A DNA stretch of 64,000 nt, taken from assembly GCA_964016885.1 (NCBI GenBank), contig OZ024745.1, positions 15,500,001 to 15,564,000 on the forward strand, written 5' to 3'. The translations under genes and the position numbers were made by a program. Below are positions 39,412 to 53,415 of the stretch, in pieces; positions within the stretch are counted from its first letter, which is position 1; each line of letters opens with the position of its first letter. The stretch is from Eledone cirrhosa. Taxonomy: Eukaryota. The notes under the pieces are model-generated. The model worked only from the letters and a program-made list of their open reading frames with translations. It did no database searches and was not told the DNA's origin.

Positions 39412-40912
39412 TTCATATTTAATTTAGTAAAACAAATTGTATAAAGTTCAGTAATGAACATCTCTTATGAGCCCCATGCCGCTACCTAGTTGTCCTTAAT
39501 GTCAGTGCCATCCCTTCCTCTAAGGTGTTCCTACATCTATCATAAGGTCATTATACTATGTCTATAAAATATTGTTAACAGCTAGCAATGTACTATGACA
39601 CTCTACATTCTGTACGTTTCATTAACATCGCAGTTTTTCAGTGTTTACAGTACAAAACTAATTTTAAGCACTCGTTAGATTTAACGGGTTGTAGTCTCGT
39701 TAATTTCTAACACCACGTGAGTTCATTATTTTCTTATACCATACAGAATAATCCACTGAAGAGAAATCCATTCTGTCAACTATGGTCATATTTATTGAAG
39801 GGCTGTATGTTATTCTTGGGATTTCAAACAGCAGTAAGAATATTTTTTATCCCTAGGGAAAGATGTTTCTATAGTAATCTAATCCTCAGTAAATTTGTAT
39901 AAGATATTCTGTGTGTGTGTGGGGGGGGGGGGGGGGTATTGAATTTATATTAATTTAAAGGCAACAACTTCAGCGTACGTTTTTTTCTTTTGTTTTTTTT
40001 ACCATGAGAAGTACTGTAGCAATGTTGGCATATAAGCCCCTGGACAAGGACTCACGCCTCTAGTGCCCTGTGCAGTTGTGCTACCATTACACAAAAAGAG
40101 TAGCTGACAAATCTTTTTCCGTTATCTTAAACTTTATCAATCGAGGCCACAATATAAACAATCTATTTTTCGATCTGTTGAGTGGATTGCAAATTTTTAA
40201 TTTATGTTAAATTTAAAGTTAACATCTTCAACGTATGTTTTAAACGTGAACATTAGTGTAACAAGTTTGGCCTATAAGCTACTGAAGACGGGAATCAATT
40301 TAGGCAGCGCTGCAGTGGTATTTGAACTCCACTTTCAGTACGACTGAATTACCATTACCCTAAAGCGATGCTGACGACTCCACCATCCCGTTATTTTAAA
40401 CATCATCTTGAACTTTAATTTTACGGGGGGGGGGTGCAGAAGGATTTCGTTTAAATCTCTGGGGAAATTCACATGTTACATTCGATGATGGAAATAGGAA
40501 GGTGGATGTGCCCTCTCCACTCTCTCTCATCTCTCTCTTTCTCTCTCTCCCCCTCTCACTCCCCTCTCACTCTCTCTCACTCTCTGCCTCCCCTCCCTCT
40601 CTCATTAAGTTACCATCAACTGTATCTCGACAGAATTGTTTGTGTCAAAAGTAGGAGGTAATATTGAAGCGTTTGATATATCAGGAACTACTTATACTTA
40701 ATGGCAGTCGCATTGTCATCAACGGTTATAGGAGACACAAGCATATATATATATATATGTGTGTGTGTGTATGTGTGTATTATATATGTGTGTGTACATA
40801 TGCATATATACATGTATATGTATGTATATAAATATATATATGTAAATATATATATATATATATATATATTAGTCTTCAAATTTATTATTATTACTATATA
40901 TATATATATAAA

Positions 40913-40992
<80 letters not shown>

Positions 40993-41285
40993 CACACACA
41001 ATAATGTATGTATATAGATATACACATGTGTATATATGTGTGTGTGTATATATATACTCTCATGTGAGATTGTTAGCGTGTTTGTTAGTGTGTGTAGGTA
41101 ACATTTCTTTTGTATGAAATGTGGTTACATCCTGGTTTATTGTAGACTAAAAACCTAATAGCTGCCCTAAACAACTAAATAAACTAAACAAAACACCACA
41201 TTCAAAATATAAAGACTGCTACAATAAGTACTGAATAACACTGACTTATATCTTAATTGGTGGAATGAGAAAATAAACAGATCTA

Positions 41286-41577
41286 TAAAAGTAGGCTGAA
41301 ACTTTCATAGGCTGACTATGAAGGAGTAATGTTAGAGCTGTGAAATCTTGCATACATTAATTTCAATTCTTCTTATTACTAATATCTTCATTGTTTCTTT
41401 CCAGAGACTACGAAGGGGTGATGCTGGAGCTGTGAAATCTTGCATGAGTTAATTTCAACTCTACTTATTAGTAACTGCATTGTTTCTTTCTAGTGGCTAT
41501 GTTGAAAAATAAACCTCATTTGGTCATCCCATGAGAGTATCTTGGTCAGCCTATGAACTTTTCAGCCGACCCTCTTA
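41286..41577. mobile_element. Mariner-type MITE
   Basis: TIRs GGCTGAAACTTTCATAGGCTGAC / GTCAGCCTATGAACTTTTCAGCC, TA flanks. Confidence 0.75.
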
Positions 41578-41729
41578 TATTCTTTAACCTTTTCAATAAT
41601 TCTATCCAATTCAATATAATCTGACTTAATTGAGAAATAAATAAAAAGATCCCCACTATTATAAGGAATGCCTCACAAATAGAAGTTGATGGCGGAGAAA
41701 GACTTATAGAGAGTCTTGCAGTGGACTAT

Positions 41730-41965
41730 CTCAGTCAATTTATTCCTGGGAGTGCCATGTCTGAAGCAACCGTCTCCAAATGATCCAGCTAGATCCCCAA
41801 GCGAGACAAGAGCAGCCGAGTTCATGGATGTTATCCAACCATCTTGCTCGTAGTCACCCCTGGGTCTCCTGCCGATTGGTTTTTCCCCGTAAAATCTGAC
41901 CAGCAAGATTCTTTCCTGGGACATTCTAATCGCACGACCGTTACATCGGAGCTGTGATCTTTCAG
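41730..41965 (-). mobile_element. Degraded RTE-type LINE 3' fragment
   Basis: RMSQER..KPIGRRPRG..W-like C-terminal motif. Confidence 0.55.
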
Positions 41966-42399
41966 TTGGAAATATTGTTAGAAATCAGTTCTCGCATTTC
42001 AAACAACAGAATCTGTTGTTAATGTTAATCTAATGAAGTGTAACAACAGTCATAAAGAATATCATCAATAGTTGGTGTAGAAACCTAATGAAGGCGCCTT
42101 GTTAAATGTTTCGCATTTATCACTTGTTTTATTACAGTAAAAGGATTCTCTGTATACAGTTGGATAATTAATGTATTATGACAGTATAAACTGGTATTTT
42201 CAGGTACTTAACACTACTGGAAGCCATCCTTAACGTTGTTAGCTTGATGGATACTTAATTATAAACAGCTTTCCTTTCCTTTCTTTAGCGTAAATTTATC
42301 AGATAGACAGACTAACAGATGTTCACATCTGGCATATTAACGTATCTCATTAATGGTTTTGTTTATTATATACAGAACCATTCATATTTCTGTCTCTTC

Positions 42400-42482
<83 letters not shown>

Positions 42483-42795
42483 ACACACACAGATATATAT
42501 ATATATACAGAGAGAAAGATAGAGAGAGAGAGGCAGAGACAGACAGGCAGACAGATAGACAGATAGACATAGATAGATATATTTCTTTATTTACCATAAA
42601 GGCATAAAAAGAAGGGACAAATACAAGGGGGGAGTTTACATACAATCGAGTAAAAGGGTATAAAATGAAAATAATCGAAAACAACCTCAAAAGGGAGGGG
42701 GCGTGATGGGGGTTGCACACACCCCCGAAAAAGTGTGCAATCCTTTGCCCGGGGAGCACATGGAGAAGGTGCTCCCCTCTCCTTCACTTCTTTAC

Positions 42796-45700
42796 CTACA
42801 GGATGGTATACAGAGAAGGCCCATTTACACGAGCCATTCTCGCCACTATCACCCACCTTTCATAAAACTGCCTGTGGCCAAGCACCTCTCTCTCCATTGT
42901 TATCCTTCTTCCGAAGTGATATCGGAAGAAGTAGACCAGACTATGGCCAGAGAGGAAGTTGCCTGACCTCAGACCTTTCAATCGTGTCCACCAAACAACC
43001 TCTTTCAACATGGCTATTACGCACAGAAAAACCGCCTTTGCTTCCTTTGTGAAGAGGGGAGGCGGTTTGATTGTCATCACGGACTCGGCGGTCAATTGAA
43101 TCGGCGCCACCCGCAACAGCAGTCGTTCGGCGTAGCCCCACAGATCAGCCACGCCCGGACATTGCACCAATGCGTGCGCAACGGTTTCTTCGTGATGCAC
43201 GCATCTAGGGCAAATCTTTTTCGAGGGATCGCTGCCCGGGCGCCCGTGTCTGTAGAGCCTCTCTCGAACGGGTAGAGCCCCCCGGTAGCACTGCCAGGCT
43301 AGTGACTTATGGAAGTTGTCCATTGGTCCCGGGCCGCCAGTTCGTCCTCTTCCATGTCCAGCGACTCTCCAAGGGTGTCATCGCCCCTGCTAGCCACCAG
43401 CCCTCTATAGAATGATGAGGTGGATTCTCCACCGATGGCCTGGCCCGCTTGCCAGAGAGCCCTGAGCGCCTGAGCACACTCAGTGTGCCAGTCTCCCAGT
43501 TTTCCGGATCTTTGCTTGACCCAGGACTGCAGCTCGGTGAGCGAGACGAGTCTCGGAAAGGCTCGTTTCACGAACGGAGCCCACACCGGTTGACCAGTGA
43601 GGAATACCTGTAGGTGCCGTAGCCTTAATGCGTGCCTACGCATCATCAATCACGGCATCCCCAGCCCTCCTTTCGAAGGTTGTTGGCAGCAGATGGATCT
43701 TCTCACCATAGGAGGGCGCTTTTTCCAAAGAAATTGAAAGAGCATGCGTTCCATGGTGGTGAGTGTTTCCTTAGGGCAAGGCACGACAGTCAGGCGGTAG
43801 TAAGTGACGGACGCTATGTAAATGTTCGCCACCTCCGCCCGGCCTTTTAGGGACAGCTTACACTTGGCCCATTTCTGGGTTAGTGCAAACACCTTGTTCG
43901 TAACTTCGTCCCAGTTCTTTTTCACCTAGAAGTCCGGTCCAAACCAGACCCCAAGCAACTTTACCGGGCCCTCCGTCCAGTTACCGACGATACCGTCGGG
44001 AGGCATCGGTCTGCCTCTCCACGTTCCGAGTTGCAGCCCGATGGATTTTTCCCGGTTCAGTTTCGCTCCTGACAACCTTTCGTACTCCTCCAGTAAGGTA
44101 CCGATCGCCTCGATCTCCGAGTCGGTTGATACCATTACTGTTACGTCATCGGCGTAGGCCGACACCGCTTTGCTCAATCCTGGTTCCAGGGGGATACCCT
44201 GCAACAACTCTAACTTCCTCAGTAAAGGCTCGAGAGTCAATACGTACAGAAGGGAGGAGAGAGGGCACCCCTGTCGAATGGATCGTGTGATTTCGAACGG
44301 CTTCGAACGGTAGCCGTTCACCTTGATCCTAGAACAGATGTGGTTGCTATGTAAGGCAGTGATCCAGCTTCTGAAAACAGGACCGAACCCAGCCGCCGCT
44401 AGCACCGCATCCAGGTAACCATGGTCGACCCTATCGAAGGCCTTAGACTGATCCAATTTGATCAGGGCCCCACCGAAGCCTGGTTTGTTGCCAACCCTCT
44501 CTATGATGTATCGCATGAGGTGGAGGTTATCGTGAATGGACCTGGATGGGATAGCACATGTCTGCGCATCTCCCACCATGCTACCCACGACAAGCGCCAA
44601 CCTCTTTGCTAACACCTTGGCCAGAATCTTTAACTCTGTGTTTAGCAGGGTTATGGGCCGAAAATTATTTATACTATCCCCCTTGTTCTCGTCCTTCCTC
44701 ACCAGCGAGACTACGCCCTTGGCTACAGAACAAGGAATTCTCCCGTTCTGCTGCCAATTGTAGTAGACCGCTTCGAGGAGTTCGGAGAAGAAGACCGGCA
44801 TTGCTAAATAAAGTTCGTAAGGTATACCATCGAGACCTGGAGATTTGCGTCTGCTGCATTGGCTCAGCGCATCTCCGATCTCATCAGCCGAGATTGGTCC
44901 CTCGCAGGACTCTGCCTCTTCGACCGAGAGACGCGGCAGGCCGTCAAGGTATGGACCGAAATCCACGTCCCCGCCCGGACCCTCGCCTCCCCCGAATAAT
45001 CGGGCAAAGTGCCTTTGAAAGGCCTCGCACATCTGCTTAGGCTCCCGGATCACCCGTCCATCTTCGTCTTGCAACGACCGGATGGTGGATCGATTTCCAC
45101 TCTTAGCTTCTGTCACGCGGGCCCAGCCAACGGCTTTGGCCCCCTCATTACCTAGAGCACGTATTTTACTTCGAATGACGCAGCCTTCGTGCTTTGCATC
45201 GAAAAACTGGTTCAAGGCCGTCCTCGATGCCAGCACTCTGGCCACATCTTCGTTCTTGATTGCCTCTTCTAATTTACCTGTTAATTCTTTCTCGTTTCTA
45301 TTCCTATCGGCAGCTAACATCTTGCTATAACTTATTGATTCTGTTCTAATCTCTCTTTTGAGAGATGCCCACCATCGGTTGTTGACGATTGCACCCGTCA
45401 ACCTCTCCTTAACTAATCTGCTAATCCGGTTTCTGTAAGTCTCTTTTGCCGGTAAAGACAAATTAAGTTTCCAGTAACCGGGACCCTGTTTATGTGTTTT
45501 CTCGAGATTGACTACGCAGGTCACTAATTTGTGATCCGTATAGCCAACCGTGCGCATTTCTGGACAGCTTAATATGTCCCTATCCTTACTTCTAACTAAG
45601 AATCTATCTAAGTACGATCTAGATTGACCACTGTGGTTTCTCCAAGTCCAGGTAGGCACAGTTAGAAAATCTAGTCGATATCTATCGACCAAGTTAAAAC

Positions 45701-46210
45701 GGTCGAGTAACCCCTTGAGGCTGTTACACCCCCTCTATTAGGACATGCTCCTGCATAGTCCCAACGTGCATCTAGGATGTCATTCCAATCCCCCGCTAGA
45801 ATCAGGGAACGCGACGTTCCCAGAAAAGTCTCCAAACGCTGGAAGAAGTCGGGCCGTTCAGCTCCGAAAGGAGAGTAGACGGCGACCAGTCTCAAGGCCG
45901 CACCTTCACTACTGCCAACGTCTAGCACCAACAAACGACCCCCCGGGTCCGAGTGAACAACCTGTACGGCAAGACCCAGGTGTTTTTGCAGCAGTACGAC
46001 AACCCCACCCCCACCTCCAGGTTGACAGAGAGATGCATGCACCTCAAAGTCATCGAAGGTAGGAGCCAGCTGCCGCACGACGCTGATCCGAGTCTCACAG
46101 ATAACCATTACATTTATACCACATGACCTGAGGTCATTTAGAAGCTTTGCTTGCTTCCAAGTTGAGCCCAGGCCACGTGCATTCAAACATCCTACTCTTA
46201 ACACATCCAT
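42796..46210 (-). pseudogene. Element A ORF2: APE endonuclease-reverse transcriptase
   Basis: LNARGL, ETR, GDWN, DHK, KSPGLDG, KAFDRV, QGCPLS, YADD, CPRC..H..C. Frameshifts at ~45690 and ~43310, stops at 43926 and 43650. Confidence 0.93.
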
Positions 46211-48151
46211 GTGGGCGGCAGAGCCAAAGGAGAGTGTAGAGACCTACCTTTCTGCTTCCCGGGGTTCGGGTCGCACGACTTCCATGGGGTCGGGGGTGTT
46301 GGGTGAAGGGGTGTCTTGTGGTGGTGTGGGGTCGTCAGTGTGTGGTGGGGTTGGGGTGTTTGGAGTTGTGTTGGGGAGGGGAAGGGGAGGGGGAAGCTTT
46401 TTAGTAGGACGCGGTTTATGGGTTTGACGGAGGGTGGTCCTACGTCCTCCTTAAAATCCTTTTTTAGTTTTTGGTAGAGGTTCATTGGGATCTTTATTAA
46501 TTTTAAATGTGGGTAGTTTTCTGAAGAAACAAAGTTTACACCTTCGGTTTGTACCGAAGGATTATTGTTTATGAGTTCATTTAATTTATTATTGTTTCTG
46601 TTGATGTAAGTATAGTGTAATGTCTTTTTTTCGGATGGTGTGAGTGTTTCGAAGAGGGGAGGGGCAGGTTTGGTTTTGTTTGTTGCTGGAGGGGTGTTTT
46701 GTGTTTTGTTGGATTGTGTTGACATTTGGGTGGGGGTTGTTTGGCCTTGTGTGTTTTGCACATGTTTTCTTTTTTTCTTTTTAATCTGTCTGAAGGACTC
46801 CGTTTCTTCCTCCGAATTCGTTGGGTTATCTTCAGTGTTGGAGGGAAGAGGTATGTTTGCTGGTAATGTTTCCGTGTTGGTTTTCTTTGTGGGGGAGATG
46901 GATGTCACTATGTTAGACTGTGTTGTGTGTTGTGGCTGCGGTGGTTGTGTTGTTTTATTGAGTGAGGGGTTGGGTGGGCCTGTATTTTGTTTTGGGGTAA
47001 TGTGTTGTGACTGTTTGTGTTGTATGGTGGTGTAGTTTTACTGAGGGACGGGTTGGGTGGGACTGAGTTTTGTTGTTTGTTTATCTGTTGTGGTGGTGGT
47101 GGTGGAGCTGGTGTTGGTAGCAGGGTTTTCTTTTTGTTGAGTTGGGGACAAGCCGCCTTCAGGTGCCCTCTGCCTGCACAGATATGACAGGACGGTCTTC
47201 TCCCTTCCACGCTAATGTTTATATACCCGTGGCCCTCTAATAGGATTCTGTCGGGTATTTGGGCGATGCGTTCAGGCTTCATTTGCACTACAAGCTCTAT
47301 ACCTGTTCCACTGAACGCATTGCCTGTGGTTTTCCCAATGGAAATCACGTTGTCATTCGCTGGATCGATGAAGCCAGCTATGAGCCAGCAGTAGTCCACA
47401 TCTGGCATCATTGCATCCAGCCATATGCGTTGAGTTCTTTTACCCATATAAGATGGATAAAAGGTAAAATTTTTCGAACGAATCGGTGACAAAGCACATT
47501 TTTTTGCCGCCGATTCGTTCTTCATAATAATCGCTAGGCTTCCATACAGTCTGTCTTTTCTTATGAAAGTGGTTTCATTAAGTACTTCTGTAAGTACTGT
47601 TTTGATTTCTGCTTGAGTTGGCTGTTCAGGTTTTTTAGAAGTGTTGTTGATGGTGCGGAAAACGACCGTTCGACTTTCAATGTCTTTGGTGAGTTCTTGA
47701 GGCATTTTTACCGATAAAATACCATTCTCTCCCTCAGTTATATATTGTTTGGCGTCTGCAATTCTTTGTGCCACATCTGAAATATTTTCAGGTATATATG
47801 TCAAAGATTTCTTTGTTGTTTGTGCAAATGAAATCTTATTGGTGTTGACTTTGTCGTCTGCTTTGCTTTCTGTTATGATGTTGTTTTCAAATGTTATTTT
47901 TGTGTTTGTCGTGCCTTTGTTTGTGGTATTAATATTGTCATGCAATTTTTCAAATTTTTTTTTTCGTTGTTGGAATCCATGTCCAGATTTGTGTTTTCGT
48001 CATTTTTCTCCGCAGATTCGTCTGTTTTTATTTTATTTTTTCCTTCCTTCTCTATGACATTAGTTGGGAAGGAAGGGGGGACTAAAGCGTGCGAGCTTAC
48101 AACTCTTACCGCTGTCCCCCCACCACTATTTTCGTTAGCTTCGTTTAACAT
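46198..48151 (-). pseudogene. Element A ORF1 (gag-like, CCHC zinc knuckle), frameshifted
   Basis: CHICAGRGHLKAAC; homologous to element B ORF1; its 3' end overlaps the ORF2 start. Confidence 0.8.
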
Positions 48152-48384
48152 TTCTGTCAGACGATTGAAATTTTTTTATGCCACAAAATTTTTAAAAACA
48201 GGTTTTTCACCCCTAGGAGGGGTAAAGATGAGCTGACCCACCGCCTGACAGTTCAGACGGGGGGTCAAGCTACACAATAGTATCAAAATTAAAATTGAAC
48301 TTACAAAATTTCCGCAATAAATTTGAACAAAACTTCTGCGCGAAGTGAATTACATCTACGCTGTAGAACAGACGACAGCTAGAT

Positions 48385-48423
48385 TATGAGATAGACATTG
48401 ATAGATAGATAGATAGATAGATC

Positions 48424-48515
<92 letters not shown>

Positions 48516-48532
48516 TAGATAGATAGATAGAT
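48385..48532. repeat. (GATA)n microsatellite separating the two LINEs
   Basis: Direct reading. Confidence 0.95.
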
Positions 48533-48763
48533 ATGTTTCTTTTATTTGCCACCAGGGCATCAAAAAGTGGGACAAGTACAATGGGGGGAGTTTACACAAA
48601 AAGGCGAGTAAAGAAAACAAATAACAAATATAAAATTAACAATAAAGTCCTCAATAGTGAGGAGGCGTTTGGGGGATCGCACACACCCCCGAAAAAAGTG
48701 TGCAACCGCTTCTCCTCAGGAGCACAGAGAGAGGGTGCTCCCTCGTTCCTTTCTCTTTTCCAC

Positions 48764-51623
48764 CTACAGGCTGATGTAAAGAGAAGGCCCATTCACACGG
48801 GCCATTCTCGCCACTTTCACCCACCTTTCATAAAAACGACTGGGGTGGAGCACTTCTCTCTCCATCCAGCTCTCTGTAGAATGTCGCAGTGGAGTATCCA
48901 CTGATAACCGGGTCCGCCTGCCAGAGGGCGGTGAGCGCCTGGGCACACTCAATGTGCCAGGCGCCCAGTTTTCTCGGTCTTTGCTTGACCCAGGATTGCA
49001 GCTCGGTGAGTGAGACGAAACTGGGAAAGGTTCATCTCACAAACGAGGCCCACACCGGTTGACCGGTGAGGAATACGTGGAGTTGCCGTAGCCTTAATGC
49101 GTGTTTACGCATCATTAGCCATGGCATCTCCAGCCCTTCTTTCGAAGGGTGTTGACAGCAGATGGATCTCCTCACCAAAGGCGCCCGCTTTTTCCAAAAA
49201 AATTGGAAGAGTGCGCGCTCCATCTTGGCGAGGTTTTCCCTTGGGCAAGGCACGACGGTCAGGCGGTAGTAGATGACGGACGCTATATAGGTGTTCGCCA
49301 CCTCCGCCCGACCTTTCAGGGATATTTTGCAACTGGCCCACTTCTGGGTCAGTGCAAACACCCTGTTCGTAACCTCACTCCAGTTCTTCTCCACCTGGAG
49401 GTCTGGTCCGAACCAGACCCCGAGCAACTTCACCGGGCCCTCCGTCCAGCGTCCGACGACGCCATCGGAGGGCATCGGTTTTCCTCTCCACGTGCCGAGT
49501 TGCAAACCGATCGACTTATCCCATTTCAGCTTAGCCCCTGTGAACCTTTCGTACTCCTCCAGTAAGGTGCCGATCGCCCCGATTTCGGAGGCCGTCGACA
49601 CCATTAGTGTCACGTCATCGGCGTAGGCCGACACCGCTTTCCGCAATCCCGGTTCCAAAGGGATGCCCTGCAACAACTCCAACTTCCGCAGTAGTGGCTC
49701 GAGAGTCAACACATACAGAAGGGAGGAGAGAGGGCACCCTTGTCGGATGGACCGCGCGATTTCGAACGGCTCCGAGAGGTAGCCGTTCACCTTGACTCTA
49801 GAGCAGATGCGGCTGCTGTGCATAGCAGTGATCCAGCCCCTGAAAACGGGTCCGAAGCCTGCCGCCGCTAGCACCGCATCCAGGTAACCATGGTCGACCC
49901 TATCGAACGCCTTAGATTAATCCAAGTTGATCAGAGCCCCGCCAAAGCCGGGTTCGTTCCCAACCCTCTCTATGATGTATCGCATGAGGTGGAGGTTGTC
50001 ATGGATGGACCTGGACAGGATAGCACATGTCTGCGCATCTCCCACCAGGTTGCCCACGACAAGCGCCAACCTCTTTGCTAGCACCTTGGCCAAAATCTGT
50101 AACTCTGTATTTAGCAGAGTTATGGGCCTGAAGTTACTTATTTCGTCCCCCTTGTTCTCGTCCTTCCTCACTAGCGTGACTACGCCCTTGGTTACAGCAC
50201 AGGGAATTCTCCCGTTCTGTTGCCAGTTGCAGTAGACCGCCTCGAGGAGATCGGGGAACAAGTCCGGCATAGCTAGATATAGTTCGTATGGAAGACCATC
50301 GAGACCCGGGGATTTGCGTTTGCCGCATTGGCTCAGCACGTCCTCTATCTCAGCGGCTGAAATAGGCTCCTCGCAGGACTTCGCCTCCCTGTCCGAGAGA
50401 CGCGGCAGGCCGTCGAGGTATGGACCGAAGACCACATCCCCAACCGGCTCCCCGCCTCTTCCGAACAATCGGGCAAAGTGCCTTTGAAAGGCCTCACACA
50501 TCTGCTTAGGTTCAAGGATCGCCCGTCCGTCCTGGTCTCGCAAAGACCGGATGGTGGATTTAGTTCCACTCTTGGCTTCTGTCACGCGGGCCCAGCCAAC
50601 AGCTTTGGTCCCCTCGTTCCGTAGAGCACGTATTTTACTTCGGACAACGCAGCCTTCATGCTGCGCGTCGAAAAACTGGCTCAAAGCCGTTCTCGACGCT
50701 AGCACTCTGGCCACGTCGCCGCTTCTAATTGCCTCTTCTACTCTATCTATCAGCTCCCTTTCCTTCCTATTCCTATCCGCAGCTAGAACCTTACTAAATT
50801 CTATCGAGACTAATCTAATCTCTCTCTTTAGAGATACCCACCACCTGCTGTTGACGATCGCTCCAGTCAACCGCTCCTTAACTAACGTACTAATCCGGTC
50901 CCTGTAAGCTTTACTTGCCGGTAAGGACAAGTTCAGCTTCCAGTAACCGGGGCCCTGTTTATGCGTTCTATCAAGGTTGACTATGCAGGTCACGAACTTG
51001 TGGTCTGAATAGCCAACCATGAGCATTTCTGGACAACTTAAAAAGTCCCTGTCCTTATTTCTAACTAAAAACCTATCTAGGTACGACCTAGATGATCCGC
51101 TGCGATTTGACCAAGACCAGGTTGGCACCGTCGGAAAATCTAGTCGAAATCTATCGGCCAGGTCAAATCGGCCGAGTAACCCCTTGAGGCTGTTGCACCC
51201 CTCTCTATCTAAAAGCAGGGACCTGGACGTCCCTAGAAAAGACTCCAGACGCTGGAAAAAGTCGGGCCGCTCTGTCCCAAAAGGGGCATATGCGGCTACC
51301 AGCCTAAAGGCTCCACCTTCACCATTGCCAAGGTCCAGCACCACCAGTTGACCCCCTGGTTCCAAGTGAACTATCTGTGTGGCGAGACTCAGATGTTTTT
51401 GCAGCAGAACGACCACCCCACCCTCACCTTCGGGCTGACAGAGAGATGCGTGCATCTCAAAGTCATCAAAGGCGGGGGCTAGCTGTCGCATGCTGCTGAT
51501 CCGGGCCTCGCAGATAACCATCACATTTATAGATCGTGACCTGAGGTCATTTAGAAGCATTGCTTGCTTCCAAGGTGAGCCCAGGACGCGCGCATTTAGA
51601 CACCCTACTGTCAGCACAGCCAT
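48764..51623 (-). pseudogene. Element B ORF2 (APE-RT) with stops and internal deletions
   Basis: MAVLTVGCLNAR, SDHK, QGCPLS, YADD. The GDWN segment and C-terminal Zn finger are deleted; stops at 49917 and 49032. Confidence 0.9.
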
Positions 51624-51629
51624 GTTGGT

Positions 51630-53415
51630 GGTAAGGAGAAAAGGCACTAACCTCTCTGCGTCCCGGGGAGCGGGCCGCTCAATTTCCATGAGGGTTGGGG
51701 ATGGGTTGTTGGGTGGGGTGGTGGTTTGTGGAAGTGTAGGGGCATCAGTGTGTTGTGGGGTTGGGTGTTTGTGCTTGAGTGGGTGTCTGGGTTGGGGTGG
51801 GGAATTTTTTTAGGAGGACGCGGTTGATTGGCCTGGAGCAGGGGGGGGGGGGGGACACGTCCTCCGTGAAATTTATTTTCAACGTTTTGTATAAGTTCAT
51901 TGGGACTTTAATCATTTGTAAATGAGGTAGTCCCACAGCAGTTAGAAAGTTAGGCCCTTCAGTTTGGACCGAAGGGTTTGACGAAATTCTGTTCATTAGT
52001 TCTTTGTTGTCTGTGTTCATGTATGTATATTGTAAAGTCTTTTTTTGCGTAGCAGTTAGTGTTGTGTGACGGGGAGGGGTGGTTTGTATATAGTTTGTGT
52101 TCTCTTGGGGAGGGTTAAAGTTAACAAGTGTGTCTGTGGTGCGCCTCCTCTTCTTTCTTTTTACTGTTTGGAAGGGATCTTTTTCGTCTTGCGACGAAAG
52201 GGGTTCGTCTTCCTTGTTGGGTGGGAGGGGTATGTTTTCTGGTAGTGTTTGCGGTGTGTGTGTTTTTGTATTTGTTTTGGGTGGGGAGGGGTTGGATGGG
52301 ACAGTGTTCTGTGTTGTTTTTTCACGTGTTTGTTGTTGTTTGTGGTGGTGGTGTTGTTGGTTTTTGTTGTTGTTGTTGGGGTGGTGTTGGTGTTGGTTGT
52401 TGGGGTGTTGGTAGCAATGGTTTTTTCGGTGTGAGCTGGGGACAGGAAGCCCTCAGGTGACCTCTATTGCCACAGAGGTAACAGGAGGGACGCCTACCCT
52501 CCACAATAATGTTGAGGTGCCTACGGTCATCCAGCATGACGCGCTCAGGGATTTGGGCGATACGTTCTGGCCTTATTTGTGTCAGAACTTCGATGCTCGT
52601 TCCACTGAACGCGTCGCCGGATGCCTTCCCTATTGATATAAGGTTGTCCTCGTCTAAGTTGAGGAAACCGGTTAGTAACCACCAGTAGTTTATGTTTGGG
52701 GTGATGGTGGTTATCCATATTCTTTGGGTTTTTTTACCCATGTAGGTGGGGAAAAAGGTGTAATGTGTGGAACGAATTGGCGACACAGAGTATTTTTCCG
52801 CCGCCAATTCGTCTTTCATCAATATGGATAAACTCCCATAGAGTTTATCCTTTTGTATGAAAATAATGTCTTTCATAGCCTCTTTCAGGACTAACTGAAT
52901 TTCAGCTTGAGATGGTTGTGCTTTTTTTTTGTTTTGTTTGCAATTGTACGGAATACAACAGTTCGTAATTCCGTCTGTTTTTTTAGTTCTGAGGGCGAAT
53001 TGATGGAAAAAGATCCATTTTCGCCAAACGATACATATTTTTTTGCTTTTTCAAGCACTTCTTTTGCATTTGATATATCCTCAAGCACATATGTGACTGA
53101 TATTTTAGCAGTTTGTGCAAAAGATATTTTGTTTTTACTGTTGGTGTTTGAATTGTTTTGTTTCTCGTAATTTGAGTTGTTTTCATTTTTGTTGTTGTTG
53201 TCTTTCTCGTTTGGTGTGTTGGTTTTGTCATTGTTAGTGTTTGAGTTGTAATAAATTGGGTTTGCACCCGTATTTAATTGTTTGTCTGGCATATCGCCTT
53301 TTACCAAGTCTTTTACAACGTTGACGCGAGAAAGCAATACGCTTTGTACCGCTTGCTTCTTTCTCTCGTCTTCCTTAGTGAGCGTGGCGTTATCGTCCAC
53401 ACGTGCTGCAGACAT
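51630..53415 (-). pseudogene. Element B ORF1 (CCHC), frameshifted
   Basis: CYLCGNRGHLRASC; KISFAQT and RTVVFRTI shared with element A. Confidence 0.8.

Larger units (their letters stand above)
42581..48381 (-). mobile_element. Near full-length L1/Tx1-clade LINE (element A), disrupted
   Basis: ORF1 with CCHC knuckle, ORF2 APE+RT+C-terminal Zn finger, AATAAA at the 3' end, (GATA)n flanks. Confidence 0.92.

Noticed and set aside
44421-51813. Plus-strand ORFs over the LINEs
   Set aside because: Antisense shadows of ORF2.
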